From assembly GCA_964016885.1 (NCBI GenBank), contig OZ024742.1, forward strand, positions 350,362,001 through 350,426,000: DNA of 64,000 nucleotides, in the 5' to 3' direction. The notes beneath the pieces are model-generated. The model saw only the letters and a list, made by a program, of their open reading frames with translations, had not been told where the DNA came from and did not search any database. A program made the translations under genes and the position numbers. Shown here piece after piece: positions 39,155 through 55,100 of the stretch (position 1 is the first letter of the stretch; each line of letters opens with the position of its first letter). Origin of the DNA: Eledone cirrhosa (taxonomy: Eukaryota).

Positions 39155-39959
39155 CTAGCATTAAAGCCCGGCGTTGCTCGGGGTCATTAAGTTACCAAAG
39201 TTAGGTTGCATCACCCATTTTATGGCAGCACTTTTTTGTCTGCCAGGGACTGGGTGAATGAATTGCAGACCTGGAAGCATGAGCTGCGCCAGCAGTGACA
39301 ATTGTAGTTTCGCCTATGGATATTATCTCTGTGCAAAAAGGTGTTGAAATTTATTGTTTCACAGTACTTGCGCAACACGCGCGTAGACGATGCCAGCCGA
39401 ACAACAGAGCTGCGATGGAGTTGTTCTGCATGGTTGTCTGTGTGTTTTCTAAATTTAAGACAGTAGGGAGGGTTGTGATATGAGGGAGAGTTAGCTGTTG
39501 TTTCTAGCAGGTTTAGTGACCTCATAGAGGATATGTGTTTTCTAAATTTAAGACAGTAGAGAGGGGTGTGATATGGGGGAGAGTTAGCTGCTGTTTCTAG
39601 CAGGTTTAGTAACCTCCTAGAGGATATGTGTTTTCTAAATTTAAAACAGTAGGGAGTGGTGTGAACGGACAGTATCACCATCAAGCTTGGAAAGAGAAAG
39701 TAGCAGAATGTATGAAGTTGTACAGATTTTGAATGGTAGTAGAAAGAGTTCAGAAGTTTAACTGAGAGAGAAAAATCGTAAAATATTGAGTTTCATCTAT
39801 TTTTTGCGTAATTGTGGGTGAAATTTAAAAATTATCTGCGTCAAGACGCAATCGAAACGGTTTTGGATGTTTATTTGTATATTTCAATTGAAGAAATTCT
39901 ATATCGTAGATTTCTATAACGAAGGAGCATGACCACACACTGAGCTTTATAGATTATGA
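39155..39959 (-). mobile_element. Non-autonomous Helitron
   Basis: The minus strand begins A|TCataatctataaagc and ends cccgagcaacgccggg-ctttaatg-CTAG|T, with no TSD. Internal tandem repeats of about 90 bp lie at 39440-39655. Confidence 0.8.
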
Positions 39960-40136
39960 TAAGTATTATACATACATAGAGATATTGTTGTAGTTGGTCC
40001 TGCAGTTTTGGCTGTATTCCTACAAATATTTTTTAAGTACCTACGGGCTTCAGGTTTCAGACTGCGACCGTGGGTTTCATTCTATCACATCGTCCCCAGA
40101 TTTTAGTTTCCTAGTCTATCAGACAATGTTATGGAG

Positions 40137-43100
40137 CATAAATATAGACAATTTCACAAGTGTAGATAGAGACAGGGACACTGACATCCACTCCTCCACT
40201 CATACACCAAATATAGACATTGTCACAAGTGTAGATAGAGACAGAGACACTGACATCCACTCCTCCACCCACACACCAAATATAGACAATTTCACAAGTG
40301 TAGATAGAGACATGGACACTGACATCCACTCCTCCACTCATACACCAAATATAGACATTGTCACACGTGTAGATAGAGACAGGGACACTAACATACACCC
40401 CTCCACTCATACATCAAATATAGACAATGTCACAAGTGTAGATAGAGACAGGGACACTGTCATCCACCCCTGCACTCATACACCAAATATTGACATTTTC
40501 ACAAGTGTAGATAGAGACAGGGACACTGACATCCACCCCTCCACTCATACACCAAATATAGACATTGTCACAAGTGTAGATACAGACAGGGATACTGACA
40601 TCCACCCCTCCACTCATACACCAAATATAGACATTGTCACAAGTGTAGATAGACAGGGACACTGACGTCCACACCTCCACTCATACACCAAGTATAGACA
40701 ATGTCATACGTGTAGATAGAGACAGGGACACTGACATCCACTCCTCCACTCATACACCAAATATAGACATTGTCACAAGTGTAGATAGAGACAGGGACAC
40801 TGACATCCACTCCTCCACTCATACACCAAATATAGACAATGTCACAAGTGTAGATAGAGACAGGGACACTGACATCCACCCCTTCACTCATACACCAAAT
40901 ATAGACATTATCACAAGTGTAGATAGAGACAGGGACGCTGACATCCACACCTCCACTCATACACCAAATATAGACATTGTCACAAATGTAGATAGACAGG
41001 GACACTGACGTCCACCCCTCCACTCATACACCAAATATAGACATTGTCACAAGTGTAGATAGAGACAGGGACACTGACATCCACTCCTCCACTCATACAC
41101 CAAATATAGACATTGTCACAAGTGTAGATAGAGACAGGGACACTGACATCCATCCCTCCACTCATACACCAAATATAGACATTGTCACAAGTGTAGATAG
41201 AGACAGGGACACTGACATACATCCCTCCACTCATACACCAAATATAGACATTGTCACAAGTGTAGATAGAGACAGGAACACTGACATCCACTCCTCCACT
41301 CATACACCAAATATAGACATTGTCACAAGCGTAGATATTGACAGGGACACTGACATCCATCCCTCCACTCATACACCAAATATAGACATTGTCACAAGTG
41401 TAGATACTGACAGGGACACTGACATCCATCCCTCCACTCATACACCAAATATAGACATTGTCACAAATGTAGATACAGACAGGGACACTGACATCCACCC
41501 CTCCACTCATACACCAAATATAGACATCGTCACAAGTGTAGATAGAGACAGGGACACTGACATCCACCCCTCCACTCATACACCAAATATAGACATTGTC
41601 ACAAGCGTAGATACTGACAGGGACACTGACATCCACCCCTCCACTCATACACCAAATATAGACGTTGTCACAAGTGTAGATACAGACAGGGTCACTGACA
41701 TCCACCCCTCCACTCATACACCAAATATAGACATTGTCACAAGTGTAGATAAAGACAGGGACACTGACATCCACCCCTCCACTCATACACCAAATATAGA
41801 CATTGTCACAAGTGTAAATAGAGACAGGGACACTGACATCCACCCCTCCACTCATACACCAAATATAGACATTGTCACAAGTGTAGATAGAGACAGGGAC
41901 ACTGACATCCACCCCTCCACTCATACACCAAATATAGACATTGTCACAAGTGTAGATAGAGACAGGGACACTGACATCCACCCCTCCACTCATACACCAA
42001 TATAGACATTGTCACAAGTGTAGAGAGAAGCAGAGACACTGACATCCACCCCTCCACTCATACACCAAATATAGACATTGTCACAAGCGTAGATAGAGAC
42101 AGGGACACTGACATCCACCCCTCCACTCATACACCAAATATAGACATTGTCACAAGTGTAGATAGAAGCAGAGACACTGACATCCACCCCTCCACTCATA
42201 CACCAAATATAGACATTGTCACAAGTGTAGATAGAGACAGGTACACTTACATCTACACCTCCACTCATACACCAAATATAGACATTGTCACAAGTGTAGA
42301 TAGAGACAGGTACACTGACATCCACACCTCCACTCATACACCAAATATAGACATTGTCACAAGTGTAGATAGAGACAGGGACACTGACATCCACCCCTCC
42401 ACTTATACACCAAATATAGACATTGTCAAAAGTGTAGATAGAGACAGGGACAGTGACATCCACCCCTCCACTCATACACCAAATATAGACAATGTCACAA
42501 GTGTAGATAGAGACAGGGACACTGACATCCACCCCTCCACCCATACACCAAATATAGACATTGTCACAAGTGTAGATAGAGACAGGGACACTGACATCCA
42601 CCCCTCCACTCATACACCAAATATAGACAATGTCACAAGTGTAGATAGAGACAGGTACACTGACATCCACACCTCCACTCATACACCAAATATAGTCAAT
42701 GTCACAAGTGTAGATACAGACAGGGACTCTGACATCCACCCCTCCACTCATACACCAAATATAGACATTGTCACAAGTGTAGATACAGACAGGGACACTG
42801 ACATCCACCCCTCCACTCATACACCAAATATAGACATTTCACAAGTGTAGATAGAGACAGAGACACTGACATCCACCCCTCCATTCATACACCAAATATA
42901 GACATTGTCACAAGTGTAGATAGAGACAGGGACACTGACATCCACCCCTCCACTCACAGACCAAATATAGACATTGTGACAAGTGTAGATAGTGACAGGG
43001 ACACTGACATCCACCCCTCCACTCATACACCAAATATAGACATTGTCACAAGTGTAGATAGAGACAGGGACACTGACATCCACCCCTCCACTCATACACC

Positions 43101-46100
43101 AAATATAGACAATGTCACAAGTGTAGATAGAGACAGGGACACTGACATCCACCCCTCCACTCATACACCAAATATAGACATTGTCACAAGTGTAGATAGA
43201 GACAGGGACACTGACATCCACCCCTCCACTCATACACCAAATATAGACATTGTCACAAGTGTAGATAGTGACAGGGACACTGACATCCACCCCTCCACTC
43301 ATACACCAAATATAGACATGGTCACAATTGTAGATAGAGTCAGAGACACTGACATCCACCCCTCCACTCATACACCAAATATAGACATTGTCACAAGTGT
43401 AGATAGAGACAGGGACACTGACATCCACCCCTCCACTCATACACCAAATATAGACAATGTCACAAGTGTAGATAGAGACAGGGACACTGACATCCACTCC
43501 TCCACTCATATACCAAATATAGACATTGTCACAAGTGTAGATAGAGACAGGGACACTGACATCCACCCCTCCACTCATACACCAAATATAGACAATGTCA
43601 CAAGTGTAGATAGAGACAGGGACACTGACATCCACCCCTCCACTCATACACCAAATATAGACATTGTCACAGGTGTGGATAGACAGGGACACTGACATCC
43701 ACTCCTCCACTCATACACCAAATATAGACATTGATACAAGTGTAGATAGAGACAGGGACACTGACATCCGTCCCTCCACACATACACCAAATATAGACAT
43801 TGTCACAAGTGTAAATAGAGACAGGGACACTGACAACCACTCCTCCACTCATACACCAAATATAGACATGGTCACTAGTGTAGATAGAGACAGGGACACT
43901 GACATCACTCCTCCACTCATACACAAAATATAGACATTGTAACAAGTTTAGATACAGACAGAGACACTGACAACCACTCCTCCACTCATACACCAAATAT
44001 AGACATTGTCACAAGTGTAGATACAGACAGGGACACTGACATCCTTCCCTCCACTCATACACCAAATATAGACATTATCACAAGTGTAGATACTGACAGG
44101 GACACTGACATCCACTCCTCCACTCATACACCAAATATAGACATTGTCACAAGTGTAGATAGAGACAGGGACAGTGACATCCACCCCTCCACTCATACAC
44201 CAAATATAGACAATGTCACAAGTGTAGATAGAGACAGGGACACTGACATCCACCCCTCCACCCATACACCAAATATAGACATTGTCACAAGTGTAGATAG
44301 AGACAGGGACACTGACATCCACCCCTCCACTCATACACCAAATATAGACAATGTCACAAGTGTAGATAGAGACAGGTACACTGACATCCACACCTCCACT
44401 CATACACCAAATATAGTCAATGTCACAAGTGTAGATACAGACAGGGACACTGACATCCACCCCTCCACTCATACACCAAATATAGACATTGTCACAAGTG
44501 TAGATACAGACAGGGACACTGACATCCACCCCTCCACTCATACACCAAATATAGACATTTCACAAGTGTAGATAGAGACAGAGACACTGACATCCACCCC
44601 TCCATTCATACACCAAATATAGACATTGTCACAAGTGTAGATAGAGACAGGGACACTGACATCCACCCCTCCACTCACAGACCAAATATAGACATTGTGA
44701 CAAGTGTAGATAGTGACAGGGACACTGACATCCACCCCTCCACTCATACACCAAATATAGACATTGTCACAAGTGTAGATAGAGACAGGGACACTGACAT
44801 CCACCCCTCCACTCATACACCAAATATAGACAATGTCACAAGTGTAGATAGAGACAGGGACACTGACATCCACCCCTCCACTCATACACCAAATATAGAC
44901 ATTGTCACAAGTGTAGATAGAGACAGGGACACTGACATCCACCCCTCCACTCATACACCAAATATAGACATTGTCACAAGTGTAGATAGAGACAGGGACA
45001 CTGACATCCACTCCTCCACTCATATACCAAATATAGACATTGTCACAAGTGTAGATAGAGACAGGGACACTGACATCCACCCCTCCACTCATACACCAAA
45101 TATAGACAATGTCACAAGTGTAGATAGAGACAGGGACACTGACATCCACCCCTCCACTCATACACCAAATATAGACATTGTCACAGGTGTGGATAGACAG
45201 GGACACTGACATCCACTCCTCCACTCATACACCAAATATAGACATTGATACAAGTGTAGATAGAGACAGGGACACTGACATCCGTCCCTCCACACATACA
45301 CCAAATATAGACATTGTCACAAGTGTAAATAGAGACAGGGACACTGACAACCACTCCTCCACTCATACACCAAATATAGACATGGTCACTAGTGTAGATA
45401 GAGACAGGGACACTGACATCACTCCTCCACTCATACACAAAATATAGACATTGTAACAAGTTTAGATACAGACAGAGACACTGACAACCACTCCTCCACT
45501 CATACACCAAATATAGACATTGTCACAAGTGTAGATACAGACAGGGACACTGACATCCTTCCCTCCACTCATACACCAAATATAGACATTATCACAAGTG
45601 TAGATACTGACAGGGACACTGACATCCACTCCTCCACTCATACACCAAATATAGACATTGTCACAAGTGTAGATAGAGACAGGGACACTGACATCCACAC
45701 CTCCACTCATACACCAAATATAGACAATGTCACAAGTGTAGATAGTGACAGGGACACTAACATCCACTCCTCCACTCATACACCAAATATAGACATTGTC
45801 ACAAGTGTAGATAGAGACAGGGACACTGACATCCACCCCTCCAATCATACACCAAATATAGACATCGTCACAAGTGTTAATATATACAGGGACACTGACA
45901 TACACCCCTCCACTCATACACCAAATATAGACATCGTCACAAGTGTAGATAGAGACAGGGACACAGACATACACCCCTCCACTCATACACCAAATATAGA
46001 CATTGTCACAAGCGTAGATAGAGACAGGGACACTGACATCCACCCCTCCACTCATACACCAAATATAGACATTGTCACAAGTGTAGATAGAAGCAGAGAC

Positions 46101-49100
46101 ACTGACATCCACCCCTCCACTCATACACCAAATATAGACATTGTCACAAGTGTAGATAGAGACAGGTACACTGACATCCACACATCCACTCATACACCAA
46201 ATATAGACAATGTCACAAGTGTAGATAGAGACAGGGACACTGACATCCACCCCTCCACTCATACAACAAATATAGACATTGTCACAAGTGTAGATACAGA
46301 CAGGGACACTGACATCCACCCCTCCACTCATACACCAAATATAGACATTTCACAAGTGTAGATAGAGACAGAGACACTGACATCCACCCCTCCATTCATA
46401 CACCAAATATAGACATTGTCACAAGTGTAGATAGAGACAGGGACACTGACATACACCCCTCCACTCACAGACCAAATATAGACATTGTGACAAGTGTAGA
46501 TAGTGACAGGGACACTGACATCCACCCCGCCACTCATACACGAAATATAGACATTGTCACAAGTGTAGATAGAGACAGGGACACTGACATCCACCCCTCC
46601 ACTCATACACCAAATATAGACATGGTCACTAGTGTAGATAGAGACAGGGACACTGACATCACTCCTCCACTCATACACAAAATATAGACATTGTAACAAG
46701 TTTAGATACAGACAGAGACACTGACAACCACTCCTCCACTCATACACCAAATAAAGACATTGTCACAAGTGTAGATACAGACAGGGACACTGACATCCTT
46801 CCCTCCACTCATACACCAAATATAGACATTATCACAAGTGTAGATACTGACAGGGACACTGACATCCACTCCTCCACTCATACACCAAATATAGACATTG
46901 TCACAAGTGTAGATAGAGACAGGGACACTGACATCCACACCTCCACTCATACACCAAATATAGACAATGTCACAAGTGTAGATAGTGACAGGGACACTAA
47001 CATCCACTCCTCCACTCATACACCAAATATAGACATTGTCACAAGTGTAGATAGAGACAGGGACACTGACATCCACCCCTCCAATCATACACCAAATATA
47101 GACATCGTCACAAGTGTTAATATATACAGGGACACTGACATACACCCCTCCACTCATACACCAAATATAGACATCGTCACAAGTGTAGATAGAGACAGGG
47201 ACACAGACATACACCCCTCCACTCATACACCAAATATAGACATTGTCACAAGCGTAGATAGAGACAGGGACACTGACATCCACCCCTCCACTCATACACC
47301 AAATATAGACATTGTCACAAGTGTAGATAGAAGCAGAGACACTGACATCCACCCCTCCACTCATACACCAAATATAGACATTGTCACAAGTGTAGATAGA
47401 GACAGGTACACTGACATCCACACATCCACTCATACACCAAATATAGACAATGTCACAAGTGTAGATAGAGACAGGGACACTGACATCCACCCCTCCACTC
47501 ATACACCAAATATAGACATTGTCACAAGTGTAGATAGTGACAGGGACACTGACATCCACCCCTCCACTCATACACCAAATATAGACATTGTCACAATTGT
47601 AGATAGAGTCAGAGACACTGACATCCACCCCTCCACTCATACACCAAATATAGACATTGTCACAAGTGTAGATAGAGACAGGGACACTGACATCCACCCC
47701 TCCACTCATACACCAAATATAGACATTGTCACAAGTGTAGAGAGAAGCAGAGACACTGACATCCACCCCTCCACTCATACACCAAATATAGACATTGTCA
47801 CAAGCGTAGATAGAGACAGGGACACTGACATCCACCCCTCCACTCATACACCAAATATAGACATTGTCACAAGTGTAGATAGAAGCAGAGACACTGACAT
47901 CCACCCCTCCACTCATACACCAAATATAGACATTGTCACAAGTGTAGATAGAGACAGGTACACTTACATCCACACCTCCACTCATACACCAAATATAGAC
48001 ATTGTCACAAGTGTAGATAGAGACAGGTACACTGACATCCACACCTCCACTCATACACCAAATATAGACATTGTCACAAGTGTAGATAGAGACAGGGACA
48101 CTGACATCCACCCCTCCACTTATACACCAAATATAGACATTGTCAAAAGTGTAGATAGAGACAGGGACAGTGACATCCACCCCTCCACTCATACACCAAA
48201 TATAGACAATGTCACAAGTGTAGATAGAGACAGGGACACTGACATCCACCCCTCCACCCATACACCAAATATAGACATTGTCACAAGTGTAGATAGAGAC
48301 AGGGACACTGACATCCACCCCTCCACTCATACACCAAATATAGACAATGTCACAAGTGTAGATAGAGACAGGTACACTGACATCCACACCTCCACTCATA
48401 CACCAAATATAGTCAATGTCACAAGTGTAGATACAGACAGGGACACTGACATCCACCCCTCCACTCATACACCAAATATAGACATTGTCACAAGTGTAGA
48501 TACAGACAGGGACACTGACATCCACCCCTCCACTCATACACCAAATATAGACATTTCACAAGTGTAGATAGAGACAGAGACACTGACATCCACCCCTCCA
48601 TTCATACACCAAATATAGACATTGTCACAAGTGTAGATAGAGACAGGGACACTGACATCCACCCCTCCACTCACAGACCAAATATAGACATTGTGACAAG
48701 TGTAGATAGTGACAGGGACACTGACATCCACCCCTCCACTCATACACCAAATATAGACATTGTCACAAGTGTAGATAGTGACAGGGACACTGACATCCAC
48801 CCCTCCACTCATACACCAAATATAGACATTGTCACAATTGTAGATAGAGTCAGAGACACTGACATCCACCCCTCCACTCATACACCAAATATAGACATTG
48901 TCACAAGTGTAGATAGAGACAGGGACACTGACATCCACCCCTCCACTCATACACCAAATATAGACATTGTCACAAGTGTAGAGAGAAGCAGAGACACTGA
49001 CATCCACCCCTCCACTCATACACCAAATATAGACATTGTCACAAGCGTAGATAGAGACAGGGACACTGACATCCACCCCTCCACTCATACACCAAATATA

Positions 49101-52100
49101 GACATTGTCACAAGTGTAGATAGAAGCAGAGACACTGACATCCACCCCTCCACTCATACACCAAATATAGACATTGTCACAAGTGTAGATAGAGACAGGT
49201 ACACTTACATCCACACCTCCACTCATACACCAAATATAGACATTGTCACAAGTGTAGATAGAGACAGGTACACTGACATCCACACCTCCACTCATACACC
49301 AAATATAGACATTGTCACAAGTGTAGATAGAGACAGGGACACTGACATCCACCCCTCCACTTATACACCAAATATAGACATTGTCAAAAGTGTAGATAGA
49401 GACAGGGACAGTGACATCCACCCCTCCACTCATACACCAAATATAGACAATGTCACAAGTGTAGATAGAGACAGGGACACTGACATCCACCCCTCCACCC
49501 ATACACCAAATATAGACATTGTCACAAGTGTAGATAGAGACAGGGACACTGACATCCACCCCTCCACTCATACACCAAATATAGACAATGTCACAAGTGT
49601 AGATAGAGACAGGTACACTGACATCCACACCTCCACTCATACACCAAATATAGTCAATGTCACAAGTGTAGATACAGACAGGGACACTGACATCCACCCC
49701 TCCACTCATACACCAAATATAGACATTGTCACAAGTGTAGATACAGACAGGGACACTGACATCCACCCCTCCACTCATACACCAAATATAGACATTTCAC
49801 AAGTGTAGATAGAGACAGAGACACTGACATCCACCCCTCCATTCATACACCAAATATAGACATTGTCACAAGTGTAGATAGAGACAGGGACACTGACATC
49901 CACCCCTCCACTCACAGACCAAATATAGACATTGTGACAAGTGTAGATAGTGACAGGGACACTGACATCCACCCCTCCACTCATACACCAAATATAGACA
50001 TTGTCACAAGTGTAGATAGAGACAGGGACACTGACATCCACCCCTCCACTCATACACCAAATATAGACAATGTCACAAGTGTAGATAGAGACAGGGACAC
50101 TGACATCCACCCCTCCACTCATACACCAAATATAGACATTGTCACAAGTGTAGATAGAGACAGGGACACTGACATCCACCCCTCCACTCATACACCAAAT
50201 ATAGACATTGTCACAAGTGTAGATAGTGACAGGGACACTGACATCCACCCCTCCACTCATACACCAAATATAGACATGGTCACAATTGTAGATAGAGTCA
50301 GAGACACTGACATCCACCCCTCCACTCATACACCAAATATAGACATTGTCACAAGTGTAGATAGAGACAGGGACACTGACATCCACCCCTCCACTCATAC
50401 ACCAAATATAGACAATGTCACAAGTGTAGATAGAGACAGGGACACTGACATCCACTCCTCCACTCATATACCAAATATAGACATTGTCACAAGTGTAGAT
50501 AGAGACAGGGACACTGACATCCACCCCTCCACTCATACACCAAATATAGACAATGTCACAAGTGTAGATAGAGACAGGGACACTGACATCCACCCCTCCA
50601 CTCATACACCAAATATAGACATTGTCACAGGTGTGGATAGACAGGGACACTGACATCCACTCCTCCACTCATACACCAAATATAGACATTGATACAAGTG
50701 TAGATAGAGACAGGGACACTGACATCCGTCCCTCCACACATACACCAAATATAGACATTGTCACAAGTGTAAATAGAGACAGGGACACTGACAACCACTC
50801 CTCCACTCATACACCAAATATAGACATGGTCACTAGTGTAGATAGAGACAGGGACACTGACATCACTCCTCCACTCATACACAAAATATAGACATTGTAA
50901 CAAGTTTAGATACAGACAGAGACACTGACAACCACTCCTCCACTCATACACCAAATATAGACATTGTCACAAGTGTAGATACAGACAGGGACACTGACAT
51001 CCTTCCCTCCACTCATACACCAAATATAGACATTGTCACAGGTGTGGATAGACAGGGACACTGACATCCACTCCTCCACTCATACACCAAATATAGACAT
51101 TGATACAAGTGTAGATAGAGACAGGGACACTGACATCCGTCCCTCCACACATACACCAAATATAGACATTGTCACAAGTGTAGATAGAGACAGGGACACT
51201 GACAACCACTCCTCCACTCATACACCAAATATAGACATGGTCACTAGTGTAGATAGAGACAGGGACACTGACATCACTCCTCCACTCATACACAAAATAT
51301 AGACATTGTAACAAGTTTAGATACAGACAGAGACACTGACAACCACTCCTCCACTCATACACCAAATATAGACATTGTCACAAGTGTAGATACAGACAGG
51401 GACACTGACATCCTTCCCTCCACTCATACACCAAATATAGACATTATCACAAGTGTAGATACTGACAGGGACACTGACATCCACTCCTCCACTCATACAC
51501 CAAATATAGACATTGTCACAAGTGTAGATAGAGACAGGGACACTGACATCCACACCTCCACTCATACACCAAATATAGACAATGTCACAAGTGTAGATAG
51601 TGACAGGGACACTAACATCCACTCCTCCACTCATACACCAAATATAGACATTGTCACAAGTGTAGATAGAGACAGGGACACTGACATCCACCCCTCCAAT
51701 CATACACCAAATATAGACATCGTCACAAGTGTTAATATATACAGGGACACTGACATACACCCCTCCACTCATACACCAAATATAGACATCGTCACAAGTG
51801 TAGATAGAGACATGGACACAGACATACACCCCTCCACTCATACACCAAATATAGACATTGTCACAAGCGTAGATAGAGACAGGGACACTGACATCCACCC
51901 CTCCACTCATACACCAAATATAGACATTGTCACAAGTGTAGATAGAAGCAGAGACACTGACATCCACCCCTCCACTCATACACCAAATATAGACATTGTC
52001 ACAAGTGTAGATAGAGACAGGTACACTGACATCCACACATCCACTCATACACCAAATATAGACAATGTCACAAGTGTAGATAGAGACAGGGACACTGACA

Positions 52101-55100
52101 TCCACCCCTCCACTCATACACCAAATATAGACATTGTCACAAGTGTAGATAGTGACAGGGACACTGACATCCACCCCTCCACTCATACACCAAATATAGA
52201 CATTGTCACAATTGTAGATAGAGTCAGAGACACTGACATCCACCCCTCCACTCATACACCAAATATAGACATTGTCACAAGTGTAGATAGAGACAGGGAC
52301 ACTGACATCCACCCCTCCACTCATACACCAAATATAGACATTGTCACAAGTGTAGAGAGAAGCAGAGACACTGACATCCACCCCTCCACTCATACACCAA
52401 ATATAGACATTGTCACAAGCGTAGATAGAGACAGGGACACTGACATCCACCCCTCCACTCATACACCAAATATAGACATTGTCACAAGTGTAGATAGAAG
52501 CAGAGACACTGACATCCACCCCTCCACTCATACACCAAATATAGACATTGTCACAAGTGTAGATAGAGACAGGTACACTTACATCCACACCTCCACTCAT
52601 ACACCAAATATAGACATTGTCACAAGTGTAGATAGAGACAGGTACACTGACATCCACACCTCCACTCATACACCAAATATAGACATTGTCACAAGTGTAG
52701 ATAGAGACAGGGACACTGACATCCACCCCTCCACTTATACACCAAATATAGACATTGTCAAAAGTGTAGATAGAGACAGGGACAGTGACATCCACCCCTC
52801 CACTCATACACCAAATATAGACAATGTCACAAGTGTAGATAGAGACAGGGACACTGACATCCACCCCTCCACCCATACACCAAATATAGACATTGTCACA
52901 AGTGTAGATAGAGACAGGGACACTGACATCCACCCCTCCACTCATACACCAAATATAGACAATGTCACAAGTGTAGATAGAGACAGGTACACTGACATCC
53001 ACACCTCCACTCATACACCAAATATAGTCAATGTCACAAGTGTAGATACAGACAGGGACACTGACATCCACCCCTCCACTCATACACCAAATATAGACAT
53101 TGTCACAAGTGTAGATACAGACAGGGACACTGACATCCACCCCTCCACTCATACACCAAATATAGACATTTCACAAGTGTAGATAGAGACAGAGACACTG
53201 ACATCCACCCCTCCATTCATACACCAAATATAGACATTGTCACAAGTGTAGATAGAGACAGGGACACTGACATCCACCCCTCCACTCACAGACCAAATAT
53301 AGACATTGTGACAAGTGTAGATAGTGACAGGGACACTGACATCCACCCCTCCACTCATACACCAAATATAGACATTGTCACAAGTGTAGATAGAGACAGG
53401 GACACTGACATCCACCCCTCCACTCATACACCAAATATAGACAATGTCACAAGTGTAGATAGAGACAGGGACACTGACATCCACCCCTCCACTCATACAC
53501 CAAATATAGACATTGTCACAAGTGTAGATAGAGACAGGGACACTGACATCCACCCCTCCACTCATACACCAAATATAGACATTGTCACAAGTGTAGATAG
53601 TGACAGGGACACTGACATCCACACCTCCACTCATACACCAAATATAGACAATGTCACAAGTGTAGATAGTGACAGGGACACTAACATCCACTCCTCCACT
53701 CATACACCAAATATAGACATTGTCACAAGTGTAGATAGAGACAGGGACACTGACATCCACCCCTCCAATCATACACCAAATATAGACATCGTCACAAGTG
53801 TTAATATATACAGGGACACTGACATACACCCCTCCACTCATACACCAAATATAGACATCGTCACAAGTGTAGATAGAGACAGGGACACAGACATACACCC
53901 CTCCACTCATACACCAAATATAGACATTGTCACAAGCGTAGATAGAGACAGGGACACTGACATCCACCCCTCCACTCATACACCAAATATAGACATTGTC
54001 ACAAGTGTAGATAGAAGCAGAGACACTGACATCCACACATCCACTCATACACCAAATATAGACAATGTCACAAGTGTAGATAGAGACAGGGACACTGACA
54101 TCCACCCCTCCACTCATACACCAAATATAGACATTGTCACAAGTGTAGATAGTGACAGGGACACTGACATCCACCCCTCCACTCATACACCAAATATAGA
54201 CATTGTCACAATTGTAGATAGAGTCAGAGACACTGACATCCACCCCTCCACTCATACACCAAATATAGACATTGTCACAAGTGTAGATAGAGACAGGGAC
54301 ACTGACATCCACCCCTCCACTCATACACCAAATATAGACATTGTCACAAGTGTAGAGAGAAGCAGAGACACTGACATCCACCCCTCCACTCATACACCAA
54401 ATATAGACATTGTCACAAGCGTAGATAGAGACAGGGACACTGACATCCACCCCTCCACTCATACACCAAATATAGACATTGTCACAAGTGTAGATAGAAG
54501 CAGAGACACTGACATCCACCCCTCCACTCATACACCAAATATAGACATTGTCACAAGTGTAGATAGAGACAGGGACACTGACATCCACCCCTCCACTCAT
54601 ACACCAAATATAGACATTGTCACAAGTGTAGAGAGAAGCAGAGACACTGACATCCACCCCTCCACTCATACACCAAATATAGACATTGTCACAAGCGTAG
54701 ATAGAGACAGGGACACTGACATCCACCCCTCCACTCATACACCAAATATAGACATTGTCACAAGTGTAGATAGAAGCAGAGACACTGACATCCACCCCTC
54801 CACTCATACACCAAATATAGACATTGTCACAAGTGTAGATAGAGACAGGTACACTTACATCCACACCTCCACTCATACACCAAATATAGACATTGTCACA
54901 AGTGTAGATAGAGACAGGTACACTGACATCCACACCTCCACTCATACACCAAATATAGACATTGTCACAAGTGTAGATAGAGACAGGGACACTGACATCC
55001 ACCCCTCCACTTATACACCAAATATAGACATTGTCAAAAGTGTAGATAGAGACAGGGACAGTGACATCCACCCCTCCACTCATACACCAAATATAGACAA

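Noticed and set aside
39975-40082. Possible minus-strand exon (NETHGRSLKPEARRYLKNICRN...) next to the satellite
   Set aside because: The acceptor is weak, the peptide is not recognisable, and there is no supporting neighbouring exon.
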